Shown here: positions 1 through 13,580 of the stretch, one piece after another
How positions within the stretch are numbered: the first letter of the stretch is position 1
Layout of the letters: the number at the start of each line of letters is the position of its first letter
From: Marsupella aquatica
Lineage: Eukaryota; Plantae; Marchantiophyta
Direction: 5' to 3'
NCBI GenBank assembly: GCA_973895155.1
Contig: OZ316896.1
Span: forward strand, 9,373,525-9,437,524
DNA length: 64,000 nucleotides
The notes under the pieces: generated by a model
Seen by the model: only the letters and a program-made list of their open reading frames with translations
Told to the model about the DNA's origin: nothing
Databases searched by the model: none
Program-made: the position numbers and the translations under genes

Positions 1-429
1 ATTTTCTCTTTTACTTTTCACGGGCAACAAGAAGATTGCTTTTCCCTTGGGCAGCCTTTGGGCAAATGGGCAGTATGTTGGGGCCTCCAGGCAACATTTT
101 GGCCGGGCAGAAGGGTAACCAAATGAGTAGATGAAGGACAGGTTATCCGGGCAAGTCTAAAATTGTCCATAAAATCTGTTTTCAGGTATTTTTCCAAACA
201 AACTTTTATTCTTCACAATTAATATTGAGGGCATGCAGAAGGAAGCAATCCATGTAGATTTCACTTTTTGTGATTCAAGGTGACGCTTGATCTTAGATTT
301 GGTGACAAATGATGTCAAATCTCAAGATTTAATTTGAAGTTTGAAGACACATGATATTTATAATTTTAGAGGAAAAAAATGATGTTGGGTTTCCAAGACT
401 AGAATGTGATAGGGGTTGTTGATGGCCTG

Positions 430-1200
430 CACTAAGCTTCTACCAAAGACAACTTCTGATCAACATATACTCCTTCAAAAGCTGAATTGGAAGATGAATG
501 AGATCACAAAGACAAAGTCGGGGTGCTTTGAATTCTAACATAAGGTGTGCAAAATTATCAAAAATTTCATATCAATAGATAGTGTGACAATGGTGTTGTC
601 AACGCTTTTTCACATGTTAGAAGCAAGTAATGCCATAACCTAGATGTATCTTAGAGCAACTTAATGCAACTGACACGGGCACCAGGGTCAAATGAGCATG
701 CAAGGTTGATGATTCTGAGGAACATACCTCAAAGTTAGTTGGAGTTCAATGGTTATTCCTCTAAGGATTCTTCAGTCCTTGATTGCATATCTATTACAAG
801 AAAAATTGATGTAAAAGACAGTAGATTTGGCAGGGTTGACATGGAGTTGATAAGTACACTTCACATTGACTCAAAGTAAGGAAGACACATTGTTCCAAAA
901 CTAATGCAATAGTTTTGACAATGCTAGCACCTCCCAAAAGCCATGGAAGGAGAAGGCTAGGTGTCAAAGATGAATTTTCATATATTCTTTCAAAGGGGAA
1001 GATTACTTTATCCGCAGTCAGAGCAAGAATTGCCAAGGAGGGGGATGATACAAAAAATGTTCAAGTGAGCTCAGTCATACATAGGTAGTATGCGGCATCA
1101 ATTGAAAATTCCAATGAAAACAATTTGAGCTGATATGTCAACACAAATACAACTGAACATGTGGTGCATCATCGAGAAAGTTTTGTAGAATAAATAGGGG
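430..1200 (+). mobile_element. Highly degenerate Ty1/copia gag-protease remnant
   Basis: Stop-ridden + frame fragments resemble copia gag (KLLPKTTSDQHILLQKLNWKMNE, ~434-502) and the protease motif (*YVNTNTTEHVVHHRESFVE ~1131-1190, cf. WyvDSGAteHm...F.eY). No LTRs seen. Confidence 0.3.
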
Positions 1201-2473
1201 AAAAGCTTGGGATTATCCCCAATTGAGTGATTGGAGAGAACTCCAACTTACTGAAAATTTGATCAGCCACTCTCACTAGTTAGAGTTTGGTTGACATGTT
1301 ATCTAGCCTTTAATCTTCATTGGAACCATGTAATCTGAGTAAATTGCTATGTTTGGACTTAGTCCATCCCAGTTGGGAAAAGCCCATCCAAGCATAAGAG
1401 CAGAAACCATGAGGCCCATCAGGGCACTGTTTCAGAGAAGAAGAGCAATATAATAGTGGTGAAGAAAATGATTTTCGCAACTTTTCACAACAGTGCCTTT
1501 CGATTATATATATATAAATATAAATATATAAATAAATAAATAAATAAATTTTCGTATACCTGAAAGAACCTCTTATACTCTGCCCCTTAATTAAAGGATT
1601 TGCAGTCCTTTGCCTTACAATTGAAAAGATATTTACAAGATAATAAAATAACGACTGTGACAATTGTCACGTCCTGCATCGATAGAGAATAAAGTATAGA
1701 ATTGCTGTTTGATTTGGTGTGGTAGTTCGGTACGTGTGGCAAGATAATAATATACTTATCACATGATTGTGAGTTCTGGTAGGAAGAAGTTCTCCGAACA
1801 ATAACGGGGGCACAATAATGTTCGTTTGAGCCATGGGATCGATCGATCGTTAGGTGATTCTTGGTGAGGAATGGGAACATTTTGGAAGTCCAACTTTGAT
1901 TCGATGGACACAGATCAGTTTGGTGATCTTCGAGCATGCAGACGCGAATTAGTAGTGGTCTGGTTTCAGATCCACAATGAAAGCAGAAATCAATCGATCA
2001 AACGTTTGAGGGATGAAGACAATGCTTAGAAACAGGAGTAGCGATGGCAGTCAAAGGCAGTGAGTCGTGTTCACGTGGTTCGGTTAGCTCGTCGGAACCA
2101 ATAATAGACCATACTCAGAATTTGGTCGAGCGATTGGATGAATTGGCGATGAGCAGCCAAGCTTTAATCCGAGGTCGAATAAATACGCTGCTCACCAGAG
2201 TGAGTGACACAAGCATTACAACTGGATTGAGTTGTGTAACTTCTCAGTCTGGTTGGTCTAGCCATCCTTCGGAGCTCGGTGATTTCCTGCCCTGTACGCC
2301 AATTTGAGAGTTTGCATTTAAGGGAGAATTTGTTCGAAGCGAGCTTTGAATCGAGCTCGATCTGAGCCCAAGTTATTTCTTTGAGTGGGAAATATCTGAA
2401 AGCAAGCTTCGAACCGAGCGAGATCTGAGCCCGTTGCAGTACTGGAGGTGACTTGTGGATCGATCGATTGAAC

Positions 2474-3172
2474 ATGGCCGGGATGCGTTTGACGAGGAGC
2501 AACCTCGTTTATGCGGGGGCCCTGATTGTGGTCCTCTCGTTGGCAATGTCGACGGAAGCGGCAGACACCGCTCGGCGGCCCTTTTACTATTCACAGCTCG
2601 CTGCTGTTCCTGACCATTCTCCTCCCCCGTCTAAGCCCTTCTTTTCTTTGCCGAGTTTCTCGTTCCCCAAATTTTCATTTCCAAGTTTGCCCCACTTCCC
2701 GAGTATTTTTAAGCCCACCCTCCCCACCCTCCCCCCGGTCCCCTCCATCAAGCTCCCCACCCTCCCCACCCTCCCCCCTTTCCCAGAGCCCCCTCTGCCC
2801 AGCTTCCATCTGCCTAAGATTCCTTCTCTCGAGGGTCTTACTCTCCCTCCACTGCCCACTATTTCTTTGCCTCCACTGCCTCAGCACGCTTCGCTCGAGG
2901 GTTTTACTCTCCCTCCACTGCCCACTTTTTCTTTACCTCCACTGGCTCAGCACGCTTCGCTCGAGGGTTTTACTCTCCCTCCACTGCCTCAGCACATTTC
3001 GCTCGAGCCTCAGCACCTTTCGCTCGAGCCTCAGCACATTTCGCTCGAGGGTTTTACTCTCCCTCCACTGCCGACTTTTTCTTTACCTCCACTGGCTCAG
3101 CACGCTTCGCTCAAGGGTATTACTCTCCCTCCACTGCCCACTATTTCTTTGCCTCCTCTACCATCCAACTAA
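2474..3172 (+). CDS. Secreted proline/leucine-rich repeat protein (cell-wall PRP/PELPK-like), single exon, 232 aa
   Basis: ATG at 2474, hydrophobic signal peptide (LVYAGALIVVLSLAMSTEA), FPxLP/PTLPTLPP motifs, then 22-aa repeats SLEGxTLPPLPTxSLPPLxQHA; stop TAA at 3170-3172. Confidence 0.85.
   Translation: MAGMRLTRSNLVYAGALIVVLSLAMSTEAADTARRPFYYSQLAAVPDHSPPPSKPFFSLPSFSFPKFSFPSLPHFPSIFKPTLPTLPPVPSIKLPTLPTLPPFPEPPLPSFHLPKIPSLEGLTLPPLPTISLPPLPQHASLEGFTLPPLPTFSLPPLAQHASLEGFTLPPLPQHISLEPQHLSLEPQHISLEGFTLPPLPTFSLPPLAQHASLKGITLPPLPTISLPPLPSN
2825..3165 (+). repeat. Coding tandem repeat (66-nt units with 42- and 21-nt deletion derivatives)
   Basis: Repeated tcgctcgagggttttactctccctccactgcc units; all length variants are multiples of 3. 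Confidence 0.9.
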
Positions 3173-4992
3173 GCGTCACGCTGGATTTGCGCCTTGAGCA
3201 TGGATGGAGCTCTTGCTCTCGGCTTGATCGATCGGCCGAACATATATGCTCCAAGTCAGGCCGCGTTTTTGGTGTCACTGGATCGAGGTAGCCACGAGAG
3301 TCATGGACGGGACACATTGTGCCACAACAACAAGGGTGACCGTCGCCCATTAAATTGCCAAGCTGGAGAGTAGCAGATCGGTCGCTACGATTGCTGACGG
3401 GGACCGCGATTGGCTTCAAAATTTAAGCCTGAATTCGTTGTTGTCATTTTGCTTTTCTTTCTCCATATTTCAATTTTTTGGTACAGACTGCTAGAACTGT
3501 ACATCTACCAGAGAAGTTCTCATGAACGCTCTAGTCGTTTATGGCTAGGAATCAGGTCTTACCAGGAGAAATTCAAATAATACGTCTGGCTCCGGTACTA
3601 AATCTGGAATGTACCTAGACTGGGAGTTAAAGGAACTCCTACTGAACTCCGCTAGCATAGGAATCAAATGCGCTGCTAGCTGTTGTTCTGGATTTCCACT
3701 TGGGAAATTAATAAGAGGAGCTGGAAGTTTTAAGCTATGTTTATCGGTATTCCGATTCGGATTTGGAAGCTGTGTTGATCAGTAAGCTGACTTTCCATGA
3801 ATGTGATTTCTGATTTTCGTCCCCATATCTATGAATACGAGAGTGAAACTAAGGTTGTGGTTCACACTGAATGTTGTTCCCCGTCAGTTGTTGTTCTAAT
3901 GCTCTCAATGGAAGCATCGCACGAAATGCCGTTGCACGTTCGCAATGAATCCAGCTAGAAGAATCTGTCCGATCTGTGCTCTCGTTTACTAGTAGCCGGA
4001 AGTCCATCTACGGGTGAAGCTTTCTTGCATGATATTTGTTCCTTTGAAACAATCATGAATATTTGTCTTTGTTGAAGTCAGACTCAACAAAGACCAATGT
4101 CAAATGCCAGGCAAAGCAGTGAATTCGCACCAGTATAAATAACTCAGCATGTGCAGTTCGACACTTGGTTTACCTTGTACGCAGCAATTTTTATTCGTAC
4201 TAAATAATTGCAAAAGGTTTAAGAGTCCTAAGATTTGTCCAAGGTAAGGCCACGAAATAACTTTCAACGGCATCGACGGTAATGACATTAAATCGTGAAA
4301 TGATATCCTAAATATAATTGACAGGCTTATTGAGCGTTTGTCCACAAGCGGCTAAATCATTTACAATGGAAACCAAATTCAACTGAAGATAGTCGGAATC
4401 TTTTCGTCATCACGAAAGTAAATCTGTGGACATACACCAATTATACTTCATGCTATGTTCAGTACTACAAGTGTTAAAATAAATTTGACATCTTGATTTT
4501 CAAGTCAGCATTATTAAACGTCCGTTCTTAAAAATCATAGATATGCTGTAAAAATCTTGCCAACTTCAATCCAATCTGCTCCTTACGCTGGCCTCATGGA
4601 TGTATCCAGCACAGATTCTGTGCAAGACTAGCTGTAAGAAAGATCTTCGGTATCCAAATCGAGATACAAATAACCAAAACAAGTCCTGATCTTTTCAGTC
4701 ACATCCTAATTTAATAGATATACTTCTGAAAACTGTCTGATAACCCATGCATTTTAGTTTCATGAAGTGGCCCAACAATGTTTGTACGTCCGTCGTAGTT
4801 CAGGCGGTCCTGAACGAGTGATGCATTCGACCCACACAGGTTGCATATCAGTTAAAAACATGTATTAGCTCCCTACACATTGCAGATTATAGCCGTGTAT
4901 GCAATTAAACGAGTCTTTATGCAGACCTGTTCGCAATAAATGTCATAGGTACTGCTCTCAAGTTCCCGAGGATGGTGGAACTCAGAATATCA

Positions 4993-7900
4993 TCAAGGCC
5001 CCCTTCTGCGAGTAGGCTGCGAATTCACTCCAAAATCAAAGTCTACTGGTACATACTGTTGAGATGCAGCTTCTGGGTTGAATTCTGGAGTCTCAACAAA
5101 CTGCACTCTTCCACATAACAGAGGGGGTGACTTCCGTTAATAATCGCAAACAAAATTCCAGAAGCTCTGTCAAACGATAAAAGACCTAAGGCAATAATAA
5201 AGACGTAGAGTTTTTCATGGCCTGAACTTTCTGCAATCCGAAGATAAAGAGGTATGTATTTTTATATTAGCGAAGGGGGCCACGAAGTGGTACTCACCTG
5301 AAGGAAAAGGTTCAGTATGCGCATGCGTAAACCACTTAAACTTTTTCCTGGTCTTCCCCTCATCATAAGATCAGCTTCTCTTTCTATGAGCTCTAAGATT
5401 TCTCTCGTCAAAGTACTGTCAAATACTTGGACGGTCCATTTCACATATCCAAGCACTCCCATTCGTTCATCGTTGGTTCCAATGGGTTTAGCTAATGCAT
5501 GATACAACTGGATATCAAAGGTAAAACACATCACGTTCGTGAGAACATGTACTTTGAGAATAATCTAGAAGGAATATCAATCTGCATTACTTGGGAGGAA
5601 TTCTAAGAATAGTCACCACAGGGCTAGGAATCAGTTCTTTCGGTTTGATGCATGTGCTGGTTGGTCAATATGCGCAGTGCTACTCTGTTTGAATCCCTGA
5701 GTAACCTCTCTAAAGAAATGTTTGGAGATGTGTCGTCAATACCAGTTTCGATAAAAGGACTAGTCTCGTTGGAAAATCAGTGATCCAGAGTAATGCGGGG
5801 AAAGTGTTTGGTAAAAACAATGGAGTATTGTGAGCCAATGTTAAAGCGACGGTGCTCAAATGAGCTTCCATGGACGTCATGAAAGGCTACAGCTTGAAGC
5901 TGAAAAGAGCACAGGCACTATATCTGCTACATACATTCTTTAAGTCTGATGCACGAGCTGTCCCAAGAGTCCGGACATGAACGATTGAGCCGTTTTTGAG
6001 CTCCCAAATTTTGGGTATACTCATTTTTGTCAAAGCAGCTGCAATCCTTTCGTTTTTGTTCTCCCTTGCTGCTCTGCATCTTAATTTGTCAATTGTTTGA
6101 AGGAGTTTAATTTCCTGAGCACACACGCAGAAACATTTTTAATCGGTATTGTAGTAGATTTATAATTACGATTAGCACTAGTCGCGTCCTGCTCACCCTA
6201 CAGAAAAAAAGCTGGATGAAGCTATATAACATTCGATGGGATTTTGAAAGTTTGAGAAGTACCAACAAGAATTGACCACTTACTGCCACACTATGGAATT
6301 ATAATTTCGTAGACCTTGCCGTTTCCGTTTCCAGGGTCTGAAATTGACCTTTAAGAGAAGCTCTTTGATGGCCTTTCTGCGTTCCATTCCAACTTTCCCC
6401 GATACATTTATCTTGTTGAGCTCCTGTTTCAAAAGATTCATTTAACACCAATATTTATTCTAATTTAAAATTATCCACTTTAGAAAGAGACTGCGATCAT
6501 TGTCTGTTTCCGGTAAGCAACTTAAAGTTGACTGAAAAGAGAGCATCTTCCAAGACAGCAAGTGGAACCTAGAGTTGTAAAGCCAAAACGCCGAAAGAAG
6601 TTTTTGTGAGATTTGACTGCTCGTCATGATCGAAGACGCACAGGCTTACAAGACATGAGAGGTTTTTTTGCCATAGCTAACCTGGGTACACCAAGATGCA
6701 AGCTCGGTATATAGAATCTCAAAGTCATCACCAGAGCGGGGATTCATACGCCTTTGGATTTCGTATTTAAGGTGCTCTTCCGCCTCTAGCTTTCTTAATC
6801 TTTCTTGCTCCTCCCAAAACTATAAGAGGACAATTAGAACCAAGGCTTATGTTTGCGGAGAACTTGAGAACGGCATTAGAAGAAATATGACATAAGTGAC
6901 ATTACAAAGACGAATCCACAATTCCAGATCATGTGCAGAAAGCTTGCCACCTACCAAGAGGAAATTTAAGACGATCTACATTAAATCTCTCTGTACTTAA
7001 AAAACATCTGAGCACAGTTTCTTTCAGAAGATTTTCTCTTTACTACGATATTTAGCTGGACAATCATGTAGAACATCCTGAAAAATGGTTCGCGAACACA
7101 AGGCAGATTATAGGATGATATTCTGTGCACTGATCATATTACTTATAATCTAACTCCGATGGGCAGGGGGAACTTTGTACACCTTATGATGATACATGAG
7201 ACTTGAACCCCCAATTTTCTTTTAGCGTGGAAGTGCTTTACAGTCAGTAAATCATGTCATGCAATCTCAAAAACAACAAGGAATGGAAAAATTCAGTGAT
7301 TGACTGATTATTTGATGCGTCGGATAAACTGAAAATAAAGAATTAGTGCATCCAGGTTACGCTGTAGCTGGTTCAGAGAGTACCATGACCTCCAACACCG
7401 AAAGTACCCGTAAAGTTGCCAGACTAACAAGGGCTCCCAGATCATCATTGTACTGGTATACACTATAGAATAAAGCAAGGAAAGCTCAGAAATGTATATA
7501 GTACCTCCTTTCTCTCCTTTGCGTAAGCTCGGATCCTATGGGCTGTACGACGAGCAATAGAGCCTCGGACGTATTTTTGAATGAATATTGCAGCCTCAAC
7601 ACGAACCTGGTCCCAGTCATCTGAGGTGAAGTATGGACCAGGAATGAGCACATAATCACCCCTGTTGTCTAAAATCACCCCAGGCCTGTCCATTTGTGTC
7701 CATGTTTCCCTGTCTGTTTGTTGTTCTTGCTTCTTCTGTTCAGGCTTCAAGTTTTCTCGGGAAATGTACACTTCCTTTTTCATGTTTTTCACGTTTTTCT
7801 TGTCCAACTCCGTTTGAGCAATAGCATTAAGATAGTGTACACCTGCATGGAACCATAAGATCAGGATAAAGATATGAATCGCTCCAAATGTTTTCAGGAC

Positions 7901-8687
7901 GACATCTTAAAAGACAAATGTCAAGTGAGTGAATTGAACTGTTATGAAGACTCTGGACTGAACTTCACAGGAAGCTCTAAGATAGACGATTTCATTCATT
8001 GAACATAGAAAATCTCTTTCCCAAACATAAACTTTTTCTAGAACCAGAGAACTTCTGCAGACGTTCACAGCTCCCGCGAGTACCGAAGAAAAAGTCACTG
8101 CTAAGATTGATTTTTTTCTACAAATTCCGGAAAATATTTCCCAACAGGTGGTCAGATTTTAATCAACCCTATAATTTTCCTTGAAATTTTATCTAAGAAT
8201 GATTAGATTGAAAGAGAGGCACATCCTAGAAAAACTAGCAGTTCACAGCGATGCATAGTATACGTGCGACATGAATAGCAGAAACAGTGAAATGAGATGA
8301 TGTAATTACGTTACCACTCCTCGTGTCCCTGTAGCCACCATAGTTGGGGAGAGGTCTCTCTTCCTTCCTATTAATGTACACAGTGCAAACCGTGGCTTCT
8401 CCACCTCCTAACTCCAAATGCACCACCATCCTTTCCTGTTCAACGTTGCTGCTGTCAATCGGCGCTATCTCTTCTGTTCTCTCACTCTGTCCAATCGCCA
8501 TCTTGTGTCGACCACATGAAGACATCGTGCTGCTCTGCACATTTTCTTCTGAAGACATCGTGCTGAGCTGCTTATCTTCTACTCCCGAGTGGGGGCACAT
8601 CTCCATGTCGCTAGAAACATTTGAAGGAGACCCCGGCCTTGAGGTGGCCCCTTCAGAACTAGCTTTGGTCCCCCATGTAGTTGCCAT
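4993..8687 (-). CDS. IQUB: IQUB/FAP253-like ciliary radial-spoke IQ protein, 7 coding exons (8687-8315, 7842-7505, 6819-6682, 6423-6349, 6114-5935, 5507-5298, 5100-4993), ~473 aa
   Basis: Exons join in frame over GT-AG introns (1422 nt). Family motifs: YGGYRDTRSG-VHYLNAIAQT, ETWTQM..PG, PGPYFTSDDW, IQ motif AAIFIQKYVRGSIARR, RRMNPRSGDDFEILY, EILELIEREADLMMRG, LRMRILNLFLQFVETPEFNPEAA. Confidence 0.88.
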
Positions 8688-11600
8688 GAAACTAGATCGT
8701 TTCTTTAAACAAACCTCGACGCTACTGAGAAGGAACCAATTGAGGCATATTCAAGCATATATGGATGAGCTCTGCATCACCCGTTTCCATAGCCAAATCT
8801 TATATCGGCTGTTGCCAGTTTTGGCTTCTTCATTTGGTTGGAAGATTTCTTTGAATAACAGTCAGCTCGTCTGAGGCTCGAGACTACTGCGTCGTTGTCT
8901 CTTGTGTGGGTCTGACAAATGAAGAGTACAACAAGATAGAAACGTGAACTATCAAGCACTGAATCTCAGATTTCCTTTAATTTTTTAGAACATAGAAGAA
9001 AATCTAGTTTCTATAATTTGTGAAGAACTGGAGGGGGTTGGGAGGAACACACCAACCCTAATTAGAGGAGTTTACGGTCACAAGACCGACTTTGGTCAGA
9101 ACATACGCAATCGACTATTGTTTAATGCCATTGTGTAGCATGATGCTGGCAATCCCGAGAAAGCTCAATTGCAACACATGTCCCATTTTTCAGTGAATGG
9201 AAGAAGCGATCACAAGGAATATGATTATGATATCCACGTAGATGCAAACATCATCTACTGATATCGTGTTTCAATCCTGCTTTCGTAGTTGTCTTGTTTC
9301 CATTGGACATTTTAAAGAAATGTGCTAGACATCTAGAATAGACTTTGGGTTAACATTTCGTAGACTCTAATTGATAACATTTCCAGCAGGTCTCGGCACA
9401 TTGTAGCTTGTGCAATGAGGACTTTACCAATAATTTATTTTGATGTGATACCAGGCGCTTAAGTTAAGGGATTATCAAGTCACATTTTGACATTCACCGT
9501 GGCTTCTCAATTCCTAACTTCTTAACATATACTATTCCTTTCTCCTCACTTACACATTGACACAGCATTCTAATCGATTGATGGAGTTGATTGATATAAT
9601 GACGAGAGCCAAAGTGTACACATGAAGCCATAGATTTATCACTTGATATGCTGCAGATTGTGAACATAGAACATGTCATCTACCGATGATACAGATATTG
9701 TTCATGGGCATTTATCCTGCCCCTGAAATTCATTCTTGCACGAGCGTAAACAGTAGTCAACTTTGATTTGGGAATTAGGGGTACTTACCAGTGATTTCTT
9801 TGAATGCCACATGACAGCTTGAATTCGAAACAAAGGAAAGCGACGCATTATTTTGCATCATTCAAAGTCTGCTGCACCGCTGCAATTCGAGTGACATGAG
9901 CACTGTTCCAATTGGGTGTATGGAAACAATCAAACTCTGGGCATATGGGAGCTACATGTGCACCCTACTGACAGAGAAAGATGCAACCAAATTGAGAAAA
10001 GTGATGCGTGATTAGAGTCAATGAACGTGAACTTTAGTTTCATCAAGTTCAAACTTTCCAATTGGCGATAACAATCGACTCACAAAAATAAGAAAAAAGT
10101 GTCACATTCAACTTTGCCAATCAAGTATCCCCAATTGCTTACTTTATTTCATTCCTTCCCATTCAAACGATGAGCAAGGCCAAACGAGAATGTAATGTTG
10201 ATAAACCCTAAACCCTGATTTTCTTCTCAACCCCCAAAACCTTCTCCTGGCTTCGCCCCCTTTGTCTGTTCTTCGGGAATTTTAGCAAACTTTTATCACT
10301 ATAACCCACTTCCAAATTATTGGCTAGGTGCATATCGATGGAATTAGACATGCATACTCGATTGGATTTCGTGTAGTTTATTTGGCCAATCCACCTTGAT
10401 GATAAGACTCATTTTTTTTTCTTCCCCTCCAAAGAAACAGATGAATTTCATTCAAATAACCAACATACAAAAATGGGGGCCCATAAAAGGACACCAACCC
10501 AAGGGACCAGAGGTGAAGTGCTAAGACTGGGTAGGCCAGTAACAGGAAAGAAGTTGGGCCACCCAACGGGGCAACTAAACAAGTAATTTAGAGACTACAG
10601 GCGGAGCATCACACTCCTAAAGACCTTGGTCACTGATTTCAGCTCAACTTACAGATGTTTTACCTCAGATATGGCCATTGAATAAGTTAGATTAGGGGTG
10701 TCCTGGAAGTGCTCGTATACTCATTTCATTTCATTTCATGACATCAAATCAAATTTGATGATTTAATGGGATTAATTCAAGTAAGACTTGTGAACGTAAA
10801 TAGCCTGCTTGTCAATGAGTGGGAACCCACTTCATGAATGCAATTGGGTTATGTGCTAGGTAATAAGCCTCCCCCGAGGAAATTCTCCTAAATAAAAAGT
10901 CCTGAGGGCTCTTGACTATTTGAGTTCATTTTGGACATCGTCTGACAGGTAAAACCTTAAGTTACTTGGGTACGTCCCCAAAATGTACTAAATTAGTGTC
11001 CATACAAAGTGAGAATACCCTGCTAATGACAGAATGTCATGTGCTACTTAGTCCAAACCTATAAGCTCCGATGGAGTCCCATGATGCTCTTGGTGTGGGA
11101 GTAAAGCTTTGTGATTCCTCATACATGTCATCCTGGTCAAAATGTATGCAAGCTTTGGAATCCTATAAAAACTGGCCTTTACTCAAACTCACCAAAAGCC
11201 TATCTAGTGTAATTTTTCTCCAATGAATGAATGCATGAATGGCCTGATATGGTAGCAATAGCTGTTTTTGCAAGTAGTGTTTTACTGTCATCGTTTGTTC
11301 TAGGTGAAACATAGGTGTTCAGAGCATCTCCAATCATGGGGTTTGGCTTAGTTACTGGATACATTAAATATCTAGTTTAACAACTCCTGACATTTTTTCT
11401 TAGTTCACATTACTATCTATTATGATCAACTGAAAAATAGCCCCAATCCTGATGGGGCTATTTCCCTAAACAGCAGGAATTAGCATTTCTTACAGATGTA
11501 GATTGAAATCTTGAGAATCCAACAACAATTCCAATAAATAGTCAACTACTGTATAATCTCTTCCATATACAGATCCCTTCACCAAAAAACCCCCTTCTTG

Positions 11601-11704
11601 AAATCCTGATAGTGTCTTAATGAATGGGTTGAACCTGAGTTTTTGAATCTAGTTAATGGTTGGTCTTTTGCTTTTTTGTTATCTCTTGTCTCAGGTGGAC
11701 CAAT

Positions 11705-11727
11705 GGGGGGGGGGGGGGGGGGGGGGG
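11705..11727. repeat. G23 homopolymer
   Basis: Seen directly. Confidence 0.9.
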
Positions 11728-12649
11728 CGCATGGAAAAGCAAAAAAATCTAGGCATGGATCAATGTTAATTTCATCGTTGACATTATTATGTTGCCAGCA
11801 AGGCTGCGATACCAATGAACCAGCTGTTCTATAATTATATCATGGTTGGCGGTGGACCAAGAATAGATCTAAAAGATTGACTCAGTTGGACGAAGCTGTC
11901 AGATTGAACTGGTATCAATGCTAATTTGACTACTTCGCTTTCTATAGCAATGAATTTACTTAAACCACACCTGCCCCTATAAAGGGCTACGGGTAACCCG
12001 TAGCTCTCATTCTAAGGAGTAGAAGTTCAGAAATGGGCTTTGAGCTCCACAAAAAGTGCTGACTGCAAAACCTTTTTTTGGCAAGTACTCCACAAAAAGT
12101 GTTAGTGTTCCACCTTTTATGGTGAGTAGTGAGACATGGAATGAGGCTTTTATAATGACAGGTGTGATTTAATCATGGAGTGAAACGAGCCACTGACTCC
12201 AATTGAGAACTGCCTAACTCGATCAACGCACGTATACATCTAGCTAGAACTCGATCGCCCCCTCTGAATAACAAACAATGTTCAATTACTGGTGACCGAA
12301 GTGATGGATACGTCTCTACCCAGTCTCCATATGCTTTTCTTTATTGAATTTGTGATTATCATTGCAGGTCGTGGTAAGTAGCTTGTTTCTGTTGGATCCT
12401 AAAAATCACTGAAGGTAAGTTGGACTAACTACGGTAGTTCTGCAAAAAAATTGCCTCCGGCAATATGGATCTCCTCATCTTCGGAACGTACGTACAACTG
12501 ACTGAGATTACTTTGTTCCTCTGCTGTGGGCCGAATCTAGAATCTAAGGCCACCCCTTAAATATCCAGAATTGACATCCCAAGGCTTTAGAAATCAACAG
12601 ACAAGTCGAGGTTCTTTTGGGCTTGACAAACTAATTATGTAGTTGACGA

Positions 12650-13580
12650 TAATCAACCATGCCCCTTTCAACAGCAATTAATGGAAGACAAAGTGTAGAG
12701 TCATCACTCCACAACTCCACAAGACTAGAGTGACTCTCATTACAAAGTAACTTAAGCCTCTAAAATTAGAAGACTCGCAGCTCGAGATGAGCCAATGCTC
12801 CAATTTCGGCCGAATCTGAAAATCTTCCCTTGATTGCTTGATCAACACCGAAGTCAAACGACTTCCACACACTGAGGGCTATCATTTGCTGGAACTTATG
12901 GGGGAACACACCCAGCCCAATCCGCAAGGAGTCGTTCGGAAATCTTCGCATCGGCTGAGAGTGTGTATACGGCGGGACTGGGCCCGGCAGAAAGGCAAGA
13001 TCCAGACCGGTCAGACTACAATCAGAGAAGCACATCATGAGATGTCCATGCACTATGGGACCTGGACTGGCCTCTGGATGATCCTTGCGCACTTGCTTGA
13101 TTGCTCAAGTCAGTTCCTATGCTGGAATTACTCGTGACTGTCCGACACCTCGACTGCTGACAGCATCAGTGAAAGCTTTTTCACGAGAATGCCCTTCAAG
13201 TCCTGCCGGTCCCTCCACGTCCACCGTGACATCTCCTCCCCTATTCAGGTATTGAAGCTGCACTTCAGACTGACTGATTAAGTCATCCCTCTCTCACCCA
13301 CTCAAAAGAACCCCCCTCTCTCATGGGCGCACTCGAACGAACCCGGTCGAAACCTGATCACTGGCAGGTCTTTAGGAGTTTGAGTTTGCTGCTCGACTGT
13401 AGTTTCTAAATGTACTGTTTAGTTGCCTCCTTCTGAGGCCCAGCTTCTTTCCTGGTGCCGGCCTTCCCGGTTGGTCCTTTGGGTTGGTGTCTCTCTTTTG
13501 GGCTCCCTGATCTACACGCTGGCTATGTGAATGGAATTCATTTGGTTTTTTCGAGGGAAAAACCAAAAAAACAAACACCG
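12650..13580 (+). mobile_element. Possible 3' fragment of a LINE (zf-RVT-like tail)
   Basis: Broken + frame pieces QPCPF.....ED...H (~12654) and FHTLRAIICWNLW (~12864) resemble the C-terminus of plant L1 ORF2; A-rich tract near 13557-13576. Heavily decayed. Confidence 0.3.

Noticed and set aside
2526-3197. Alternative-frame and antisense ORFs over the Pro-rich gene (and similar shadow ORFs over LHT, URB1 and pol)
   Set aside because: Shadows of the real coding frame caused by repeat structure and codon bias.
11000-11650. Possible decayed coding sequence on the minus strand, and hairpin aaatagcccca/tggggctattt at ~11436-11464
   Set aside because: Many stops and no recognisable motif; the isolated hairpin has no supporting context.
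11705-11727. Functional G-quadruplex, or poly-Gly/poly-Pro ORFs
   Set aside because: Simple homopolymer of uncertain length; the overlapping ORFs have no other support.
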